A stretch of DNA of 64,000 nt. It comes from Rhizophagus irregularis (Eukaryota). The notes beneath the pieces are model-generated. The model saw only the letters and a program-made list of their open reading frames with translations, was not told the origin of the DNA and did not search any database. The translations under genes were made by a program, and so were the position numbers. The stretch covers positions 2,046,001 to 2,110,000 of the forward strand of contig NC_089431.1 in assembly GCF_026210795.1 (NCBI RefSeq), written 5' to 3'. Numbering within the stretch: the first letter of the stretch is position 1; each line of letters begins with the position of its first letter. Of this stretch, positions 54,348-64,000 are shown one piece after another.

Positions 54348-55749
54348 TAATGGGCGCATTGTTCGTTGGTTTGTTTGCATAGTTGCCTCTTCTTAGGTTG
54401 AAATATATTTAGGCGGGAGATCAGGATAGTTTTAGTGTTATGCGATTTTTTCCTTTTCGAATTAATTTTATAGCTTTATTACTGTTTTGGAGACTATATA
54501 GTTTTGTTTTTAGTTAATTTTATTTTTCTTTTTTTGTACTTTGAAAATTTTATTTTATTTTTGTAAGTTCGATAAATAAATTTAATAAAGATAAAGGCTA
54601 CTATGCCATGTTTGCCTTGAATTGCTTTTTCTGCCAGTTTATTTATCATTGGAGAAAGCTTATTCATTGTTTCCTCAGTGAATTCCACTATATGATCATC
54701 ATAAGGTGAAATAAATACATCAGAATCCTTTGATTGTTTAACATAGTAATAATCATTATGGTTGGTAGATTCAACCATATTCATCAAAAAACAAAACCTT
54801 CCTTTATTTAATCTTTTTTGTTGATCAGATGTTAAAATAACTGGCAGATTTTGCTAAATTTTTTTTTAAAAAAATATTAGTAAAAATACAATTTAATAAA
54901 AAGAAGTATTTAAAATTACCTGTTTATTACTAGTCCAGTTTCAAAGTTATTTGGCCCACTATTTTCTGTCAAATTATCCCAAACTCAAAACAGTTTGTTT
55001 TCTTGAATAATTAGATTCAATTGTACAATGTATTCTTTTTGTAAAATTGTTGTCATTCATGGTACTGAATTATTTGAATAGTCGTATAAAATCCTTCCAG
55101 CATCAATAAAATTTAACCTCCACTTATCACACATCCAATTATTTTTTACACTATTAATTATTAGATCCTTTTTATTATTTTTGATAGGTAAAGTTTGTAT
55201 ATGATCACAAAAAAGCAAAAACATATCATGTGAAATATTATCTGATCAATATCGTCCAATAATTTTAAAAGCTATTGCAATAGGATATCTAATAAAACAT
55301 AAGTTTAAATTATTATTAAATTAAAAAAAATAAGAAAAATTAAATTTAAATTACCTAAATTGTTGAGGAATTTGCCATTCTCTAAGATGATTACCTAATG
55401 TTTGCATAATATGAAATCAACATAAAATAGCACCGCATGTTAAACTTTCTATTCCAAGTTTCGAAGGTCTATGCTTATCTATCATCATATATGGATTCCA
55501 TAAATTATTTTGAAACCTTTTGCATCATGTAGATCTTCATAATACGAATTTTTTTTTTTTAAAAAAAAATTTATTTGCAAGGTTCAGAGTCTTTAAGGCA
55601 AATTCGTCCAATATTCGGCACATAATCTGCAACATACAGGGAAATCAGAACTAAAAAAAGAGTCATATTTCTTTTTTTTCTTTTTTTGAAAAAAAAATTT
55701 TTTTTAATGAACGTTAGTTAACGTTCAGTTTGTAAGTCAAGAATATAAT

Positions 55750-56780
55750 AGAGCCTATTGTCAATTTTAATTTGGAGGTATATCACCTCTGAAATTTTAA
55801 TTGCCAGTCCGTCATTCAACAGTACAAAATTAATTTGTAGATCTGACGCATATTTTATATGAATTACATTAATTGGCATATTTTAATGTTGATTTTGTCC
55901 CACAAAGTCACGTTTAAATATAACAATAACTCACTAATCAATAACATTAAACATGAATAAGCCACAAAAAAAAATTTTTTTATTGTTCGATATAAAATTT
56001 AACAAGTTTACCTTGGAGGAAGTTACCATTCCACCTTATATTTTAGTTAAGGTAAGATTTTTTATATATGAATTTTGCAAATTTTTACAAGGTTTTTTTT
56101 ACATTATTGAAAAATATATATTATTTTCTTTACCAAATTAACAAAATAACAAAAAAAAAATATTTTTTTTTATTTTTCTTTTTAGTTTTTTTTTGGCACA
56201 CCATGATCTTACCAGTTTTGGAAAACACACTTAGGTAATGTAATACCTTCTTCTAGTAAATTTTTGAAGTATTTATGTTGTTGTGATGTATTTTTAAAAT
56301 AGTGCAAAAACCATTCCAGAGCAATAGTATTTAATATATAAAAATCTGTCAAAATTAATTATAGATTGCTGATCATTTTGTACTGTTGAGTGGCGGACTG
56401 GCAATTAATTATTTTTAAATAAAAAAAAATTTTTTTATATATTATAGGCTTTGGATGGAACCTATCGATGAGTTTGAAATTCAGAGGTATGCTTATCTCC
56501 GAAACTTAATTTATTTAAAAAAAAAAATAATAATTTTTTATTTATATTATATAGGTTCCGGATGGAACCTATTGATGATTTTGAAATTTAGAGGTATATT
56601 AACTTCCGAATCTTTAATTTATTTTAAAAAAAAATAATAATTTTTTATTATATTATATAGGTTCCAGATGGAATCTATTGATGATTTTGGAATTCAGAGG
56701 TATACTTACCTCTGAAATTTAATTTATTTTTTAAAAAAAAAATTATTATTTTTTATATTATATAAGTTCCAGATGGAACA
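55750..56780 (+). repeat. Third intron/micro-exon tandem array (4 units, 39-nt exons)
   Basis: TATAG|GTTCCGGATGGAACCTATTGATGATTTTGAAATT(C/T)AGAG|GTAT... repeated; the first intron contains the TTAA element. Confidence 0.6.
55801..56404. mobile_element. Non-autonomous element flanked by TTAA, termini TTGCC
   Basis: TIR TTGCCAGTCCG(T/C)CA(T/C)TCAACAGTACAAAAT with TTAA on both flanks. Confidence 0.8.
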
Positions 56781-56793
56781 CATGAGGAATATT

Positions 56794-57127
56794 CTGTATT
56801 TTTCCAATATTAAGCACCCCCCGAAATTAAGCACCCCTTTACTTTGCATGATATCAAGCATAAACTGAAAATAAGCATCTCTCCGACTACTTATTGATTT
56901 TATTATATTATCGAAAAAAACAAAAATTACAAAATTACATTATTATTGAAAAATATATTTACAAATAAAAGAATTTAACTACTGAAACTTTTTTTTTGCA
57001 AAATTTTTTTAAATTAATTTAAAGACGTTTAAAAGGCATTTTTCTAAACTGTCGAAATTAAGCACCCCCTTAAACTTTTCGCACAAAATCCCTGTAAAAA
57101 GGGGTGCTTAATATTGGATAAATATGG
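56794..57127. mobile_element. pogo/Tigger-type MITE
   Basis: TIR C(T/C)(G/A)TATTT(T/A)TCCAATATTAAGCACCCC; TA on the right flank; internal AATTAAGCACCCC repeats. Confidence 0.7.
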
Positions 57128-59026
57128 TATCTGGTAGAACTGTTACTGGTCAACCATGCTTCTGAAAGTTGTACAGACAGATAACAGATTATAAAGAAGA
57201 TTGAATAGAGAACTATATGAAGATATTAGGAGATGGCTTCTCAAACAATTTGTAACTTGTATCCATTAGATGCAACAGTGGAGAAATTACCTTATATCAG
57301 TTCCTATGTAATTCATATTCAGATAGTATTGATGAGCCCTTTACTACATTCTATGAAAATTATGAGTAATCCGATAACTAAGAACTTTGTTTCTCATGCC
57401 TTAGGAGCTATCAGGTTAAAAGCCAATATGTTAAGAATTGACTTTGAAGGTACTTGTAATGCTTAATGGTCCATATTACCTTTAGAAAAGATTTGTAGAA
57501 GGACTCCAATACCTTTTATTATTTTTTTTGTTATCCAGAAGGCAATTAGACTTCAGGGCTTCATATTAAGAGAATAATAATTTCACTGTTTCAGCTTTTA
57601 GAGTTTCTGCAATTTTACTAGTTGTATCCTATACATGATGGTGAATTAACCCATGGTAATTTGGCAATACACCATATAATGCTGAAATATATTACATCAA
57701 ACCCAATCTAAAATAGCATATGCTGAATTCCCATAATGCCGATTTGTGCTGATTTAGTGAATTAACATAATGCCGAATTACACCAATTTGGTGAATTGGC
57801 GTAATGCTGATTGGTCATAAATCATAATTGTCAAAAGTTAAATTATTTTAGTGACACAACTGATATACAACTTCCATATAAAGGTAGACAATTTTTTTTT
57901 GTAAAATTTAGGAGTCAAAGGTGTTTCTTTTTTATGAATTTTTTAAATCTGTTTGATTTTTAGCGAGATCATTGCCAATATAATCAATGTATAATTTCCA
58001 TATAAAAGTAGGTTTTGATTTTGTATAATTTAAAGGGATTTAAGGGTGTTTTTTTTCCTTCAGAAAAACTGCATGACTTTACCAAAAACTTCTTTCCTGA
58101 TAGGATTTTTAATAATTTATAGACGAAACTCTTTTTACTAGAGAACTAGTTTTGTCATTTAAATGGAACTTATTCTTCTATTTTTATGTAATTTAACCGG
58201 TAAGTATTAAATTGCTGGCATAGTGGAATATAGTGCATAATTTACTTACAGATACTGTACGTTACTTCTTTATTATGGTTATTTGAAGCTTTTTTATTAT
58301 TATTTTTATTTGGAAATATTTCTAACATTTTTTCTTTTTATTATTTTCAGATATTGCTTTCTTGGACAATAAGAATTACCATTGATGTTGAAGGAATACT
58401 TAAAAAACAAGAAAATCTTTTACTTGGTAAATAATTTTTTTTTATTTATTATATCTCCAATAAATATTAATATTATTTTTATTTCAATATTAAGTGTTGG
58501 ACAGATGGATAAGTAGCAACCATCATTTTTATTTTTCTTTAGTTGTAATTACTCTTGAATGAAAAGGTATGTAATTAAAGTTAAAGACTGTTCAAAAAAC
58601 TCTCACACTGGTCTTTTTACAGCAGAAGAAATAAAGAAAGTCCTTAAAGATATAGGCCCACAGCGTTTTTCTTCAGTAGTGTCAGATGGTGCTAGCGCTA
58701 TGCAATTAGCTAAGAGATTAATATCTGAAGAATATCCTAAAATTTTGCCAGTTCATCACATGCAATTAATTTGTACTGATATTATGAAAAAAAATCCATT
58801 TTCAAATAATATACTTATTAACTATCAGAAATTTGTTACTTATTTTGCTGAGTCACATCAATCTGAAGCTACTCTTCATGTAGAAATCAAAAAAGAGTTA
58901 ATTGTTGGAGGTGGATTAAAAAGGTCTGTTAAAACAAGATGGAGTATTGCTTGGGATTGCTGTACATCAGTATTACATTTAGAAACTATTTTCAAAAATG
59001 TAAGTGAAATTGTAGTTAATTTCTAA

Positions 59027-62000
59027 GGGCGGTGACATATATTACGTAATATCATTTTATTATAGACGCTTACCCCCCCACCCCCAGGTAAGATATCCTG
59101 ATCACGTGAATACAGATCATTTCCTTTTATAGGATTATTTATTGGTATTTCATCATAATGATCATATTTCATCAGAATTTTTTTTAAATTGATTTAATGT
59201 TCTGTTCATTTTAATGATATAAAGCATGTTAAATAAAATTATACAAACAATTTTGTTTTATAAGAAAATTTTATTGTAAAATAATCTAATTTATTTTTAC
59301 AAGTTTATTTTATATTAAAATTCTCAATCCCCCATGTTCTGAAATTCTAAAATCCCAAGTCCAAAAATCGTAAATTTTCATATAATCAAAGTATGAATTG
59401 AACACACAAATCAATAATATTTAATGATATACAGTATAGCGATTGTGATACCTATTACTGTTTATAGCTGCGGTTCGCATTTTCTCGTTACAAAAGAAGA
59501 AATGTGAATTGCCGCAGCACTTCGCACAAATGCGTTTAACTTAAATTTAAACTCTAAACTTTTTACGCGTCGATATTAAACTTTATTCACAATTTATATA
59601 TTCCTAAAGTTTTGTAAGCTGTTTTTTTATTGTTATCAAAATCCAACAAAATAGCTTAATATGAACCGTCAACCCTTTTTTCTCAGCCCCAAGTTTAATA
59701 AGAAACCAATTTATAGTTTACAAACAAATAAATATCAAGAATTTACCAATGCCTACGTATATAGTATTATGGTTAAGATGGGGAATGGTGATCCTAATCG
59801 CTCTGAACTTTGTGAATCAGCGACTAAAGAATGAAACAAAATTAAAAGAAAAGATAAACCGGAAATTGAGGATATTATTAGAGATTACCTGGCCACACCA
59901 TATAATTTATGTGATATATAAACAATGAGGTCAATACCATCCGGATCTAGAGAAGAATCTCTTCCAAATCTTCCCACGATTCGTACAATGGATCCTGTTC
60001 CAGAAATCTCTGTTAATGCATCATCTCAACAAAAGGCAGCAAACGAGATACAAATAGCTGAAAAAAAGCTTACCGAGTTTGAGCAGATCTACAACATCAC
60101 AACTGATTCTCAATTTTGGCTTGATACTTTTAAAAAAATAGGAAGCCTTCGAGATGAAATCAGATCTAATAAGGGAAAAATCATCAAATTAAAAAGAAAT
60201 GCTAATTATGCTCAAAAGTGCAGAGAAAAGAAAAGAAAAATACTCGACGAAAATCAGGAAGTAATACGATATGACAAACCTGGTTGTCCTTCACTTCTTT
60301 TTAACCATCCAAATTTATACGATCATATCCATGATTCTATCGAATTTGGGGTGGCTGACGAAAAATGACGAAAAGAGGTTATTAAGGTCCGAATCGTTAA
60401 AAACTTGCGAAAAACCCTTGAAGAAAATTATAACGTTTATATGGTGAAAACTACATTGAACAATTATTTGTTACCTCGCCAATCTAATTCTATTGCTGCA
60501 AAAGCGCATCATCATCCGGCGTGGGTCGCGGTAGCCGGAGTTTCGCGTACCAAAACACGGGATCATTCCGATGGTCATTACTGCCTTGCATCTGTCAAAA
60601 GCGCAAGACAATTTGCCACTGTCTTTGCTAATAATGCCGTTATTATTTCGCAGGATGACAAGGTGAAAATAGGTCTTGGAGTACCTGCTGTAGGTCGGAC
60701 GTTTCACACTTTGCAATCAGTTAATGAGCTTGTTAGTGTGGCCGACCATGATTTTCCCCTAGGAAATGCACAAAAATTAGTTCCATCGGTTTACCTTATG
60801 ATAAAACCAAATGAATTAAACGATGAGTTACGAACGGGACAACTTGCCATCTTTGTACGTCGTCAATGATCCCTTGGTACGTCCTCACTCTCACACATGC
60901 AAGACCTCAAAAACCTAACTCTGGATATTAAATATAACGATGTGTTGAAAACAAACGGAGAGATTAGACCTATTTGGGTGTTATTGGTAGATGGAGATCT
61001 AGACGAAAATCCAAGACATCTAAAAAATATCAAAACCTATTGACACCTTTTTCGAAAGTTCGATTTAGATTACCTGACTGTACGAACACACGCTCCAGGT
61101 CAGTCCAAGTATAATCCAGTTGAAAGAGGTATGGCAACACTGTCCAGAAAATTGGCGGGTATCATGCTACCGATCGATCACTTTGGATCACACCTAAATA
61201 CACAAGGCAAGGTAATCGTTCCAGAGTTAGCCCTTCGAAATTTTCGATATGCTGGAGAATCACTTTGCGATATTTGGCGTAAAGATTTGATTTTTGGAAA
61301 AAGTGTTGATGCACGGTATGTCGAGAAGCTTACTAACCCGTTTGAAAACATAGAGTTTGAGGGTACGGATAAAGAAAAAGCAGAAGAGCAAAAACAACAA
61401 AAAAAGAAACAAGAAAAAGAAAATGACATACCAGAATGTTTTGTGCCATGGTCATGGATCGAAAATCATTGTAATTTATGTCAGTATTCTCTTGATATTA
61501 AACGTTGTACAAATTCAAGTTGTTGTGGACCATCTCGTGCAAAAGAAGCTACGGATCTTCTTCTTTCGAATAATGGCTTTTTGCCTCCAACTACGAAAGC
61601 TAAAGACAGACATTTCGCAAATCCCATACACCTCCTTGAATATTATGATCTCTTAAAAATTCCCGGGTACGATTCACATTGCCCATCCATTGACCAAATG
61701 ACCTATTCGCGCCTTTGTCGTTCGGTGTGCAACAAATACTTTCCAACTTTTAATTATTTGACAAAGCATAAAAAAGCGATGCATCCAGTCAGCCATGGAC
61801 GACCTAAGGGAAAGTCTAAGTGTAATTCAAATTCTCTTGACGATTTCTCTCTCCCTCACCCTTTAACTATGCTGGCCTCTTTTTGATGAAAATGAATTTA
61901 AGGGAATATATATCAGATAATGAATGATTGTATATTAAACTTAATTTATATTATCCTATTATTATATGTATTGTATGCATTTGTATACATATAAAAATAA

Positions 62001-62188
62001 AATTCATTTTATTTTTTCCTAAAGTTTAACGTGGGAAACCAAAATAACACAAATGATTAATAAATTTTTAAGCCACTAAATCGGTTATATAGGTTGATTA
62101 TATCATGTGATAAATATTAATATGTATAACATAAGATTTTTCGCGACCCCCCACCCCCTAAAATATTACATAATAAATGTCATCGCCC
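59027..62188 (+). mobile_element. Zator-superfamily DNA transposon (TP36/ISAzo13-related transposase), degenerate
   Basis: 26-bp TIR GGGCG(G/A)TGACAT(A/T)TATTA(C/T)GTAATAT, 3-bp TSD TAA. Transposase pieces (~59661-61886): IISQDDKVKIGLG, DHDFP, LLVDGDLDENPRH, HAPGQSKYNPVER; C-terminal C2H2-like segment; in-frame stops. Confidence 0.8.
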
Positions 62189-62359
62189 TAAGTTAATGTC
62201 AAATTATTAAATATTTTATTATTATATTTTTAGATGTTAATTGCTGATTCTAAAGCAATGAATCAAACTTTACGAAATTTAGTAAATAATTGAAATTTTT
62301 GGTTGAATATTGAAAGTTTTACAGCTATTTTAGAACCTGAAAAAAAATGCTGTGAAGAG

Positions 62360-63650
62360 TAAAGCTCCGCACGTTGAGTTTCGAGCAGCAATCTGGCTCG
62401 GCTTGGCTTGAAAAAAAAATTCTGGCTGAGCCGGAATGAGCGAGCCATAAAAAATTTCGGCAAGCTAAAGAATGAGCTGCCAAGCCATTAAAAACCTGGC
62501 TCGAGCCGAAGTAGGCTTGAGCTTTATCTTCAGAAAAATGTTTCGCAACGTTTTTTATTAAAACATTGAAAAAAAATGTTGCGAAACGTTTTTTTTTAAA
62601 TATATTATTAAGAAAAACGTTTTCGCAACGTTTTTTAATTAAAACATTGAAAAAAAATGTTGCGAAACGTTTTTTTCTAACATAATACTTTGAAAAAAAC
62701 GTTTTCGCAACGTTTATTTATTAAAAATATCGAAAACCGTTGTGAAACATTTTTTTTAAATATAATATTTTGAAAAAACATTTTCGCAACGTTTTTTATT
62801 AAAATATTGAAAAAAATGTTGCGAAACGTTTTTTTCTTAAATATATTATTACGAAAAAACGTTTTGCGCCATTTTTTAATTAAAACATTGAAAAAAAAAC
62901 GTTGCAAACCATTTTTTTCTAACATAATACTTTGAAAAAAATGTTTTCGCAATGTTTTTATTAAAACATTGAAAAAAAATGTTGCGAAACGTTTTTTTTA
63001 AAATATATTATTAATAAAGAACATTTTCACAACGTTTTTTTATTAAAAATATCGAAAAACGTTGTCAAACGTTTTTTTTTAAATATAATATTTTGAAAAA
63101 ACATTTTCGCAACGTTTTTTATTAAAATATCGAAAAAAAATGTTGCGAAACGTTTTTTTCTTAAATATATTATTACGAAAAAATGTTTCGCGCCGTTTTT
63201 TAATTAAAATATTGAAAAAAAATGTTGCGAAACATTTTTTTTAAATATATTATTAATAAAAAACGTTTTCGCAACGTTTTTTTATTAAAAATATTGAAAA
63301 AAACGTTGTGAAACGTTTTTTTTAAATATAATATTTTGAAAAAACGTTTTTGCAACGTTTTTTATTAAAATATCGAAAAAAAACGTTGCGAAACATTTTT
63401 TCGTAATAATATATTTAAGAAAAAAATGTTTCACAACGTTTTTTTCGATATTTTACAAGCCAGCTCGAGCCTTTTGAGCTGAGCTTATTACCGGCTTGAG
63501 CTTTTTGAGCTGAGCCTATTACCACTCAGCTCGAGCTCTTTTCGAGCTGGTTACGATTTGCCACTGAGCCAATTTAATCATGGCTCAGTTCGGCTCAGCT
63601 TGAAAAGCTCGAGCCAGCTCACGAGTCGGCTCGGCTCATGCGGAGTTTTA
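62360..63650. mobile_element. Non-autonomous hAT element with internal palindromic satellite
   Basis: TIR TAAA(G/A)CTCCGCA; 8-bp TSD GTGAAGAG; GAGCC/GGCTC subterminal repeats; internal 62530-63450 alternating GTTTCGCAAC / GTTGCGAAAC units. Confidence 0.85.
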
Positions 63651-64000
63651 GTGAAGAGTATTGAAGGTAAAAATGCAACTATGGCTGATGTTTTTTTGAA
63701 TGGCTACTGCTATCAAGGCTTTACCTACTGAAAGTACTAAAGAATTAAAAGAGTTTTGGCAAAAATGCATTCAATTTTATAATAATAAATGGAAGCAGTT
63801 TGATCATGAATTATATTTACTAGCATATTTTTTGAATCCAAAATTTCGCGGAAAAGGATTTATACCTGAGACCTATCAATTAATCCAAAAGAAAGCTTTA
63901 GCCTTATGGTCAAAAATGGGCAGAAGATCAAAATTAGCATTTACACTTGCTGTTCAAATGAATAATTATGATGATTCTTATATTGACGAACTTCCAACTC

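Larger units (their letters stand above)
46473..54617 (+). mobile_element. Full-length non-LTR retrotransposon (LINE) with RNase H
   Basis: 18-bp TSD TGAATTGCTTTTTCTGCC at 46455-46472 and 54618-54635; ORF1 + ORF2; higher GC than the flanks. Confidence 0.9.
44230..55510 (-). pseudogene. MULE transposase relic with SWIM finger and downstream RTC4-like domain, split by three younger insertions
   Basis: WNPYMMIDKH...ILC*FHIMQ (~55500-55390). NKLAEKAIQ|KASEIRSNYYIVNIVTGECPLCLDYIWN...VCKH reads across the LINE TSD. GVPSKPSAKPRK reads across the TTAA element. CSFCDK...FCFIH...YIQEILVPETAMRLIFED...DFGDY is RTC4-like. Confidence 0.65.
58350..64000 (+). pseudogene. hAT transposase relic (DUF659-type), interrupted by Zator and a hAT MITE; runs off the window
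   Basis: HTGLFTAEEIKKVL..IGPQRFSSVVSDGASAMQLAKRLISEEYP...VKTRWS. Continues at ~62235 (FTAILEP) and after 63650 (ELYLLAYFLNPKFRG). Confidence 0.75.

Noticed and set aside
62677..62952. 91-aa F/K-rich ORF
   Set aside because: Translation of the palindromic satellite.

Overview
Eukaryotic, very AT-rich fungal DNA with short introns. The gene content and transposon mix suggest an arbuscular-mycorrhizal (Glomeromycota, Rhizophagus-like) genome; this is an inference. Positions 1-23.1 kb are a gene-dense block: the 3' part of a ZRSR2/U2AF35-related splicing factor, a RAD17-like clamp-loader ATPase with no coding intron, DUG2 (WD40+M20), a 118-aa Cys/Thr-rich secreted protein, a small BTB protein, PIG-L/GPI12, and the cohesin loader SCC2/NIPBL, which carries a clear U12-type AT-AC intron. 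From ~23.5 kb to the end the window is nested transposons: hAT, pogo and TTAA-flanked MITEs, PIF/Harbinger, Tc1, two MULE relics, a full-length 8.1-kb RNase H LINE with an 18-bp TSD, and a Zator element plus a hAT MITE inside a hAT transposase relic. The most unusual signal is two copies (26323-30586, 33555-38730) of a non-coding CAC...GTG element with 3-bp TSDs. Each carries an array of ~12-17 related spliceosomal-intron-like units separated by short, non-frame-preserving micro-exons. The units typically have a covarying hairpin over the 5' splice site and a second hairpin presenting the branch point. The arrays differ strongly between the two copies while their ends are nearly identical. A third, smaller array of similar design lies at 55.75-56.78 kb. 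All calls were made by eye; no searches were run.
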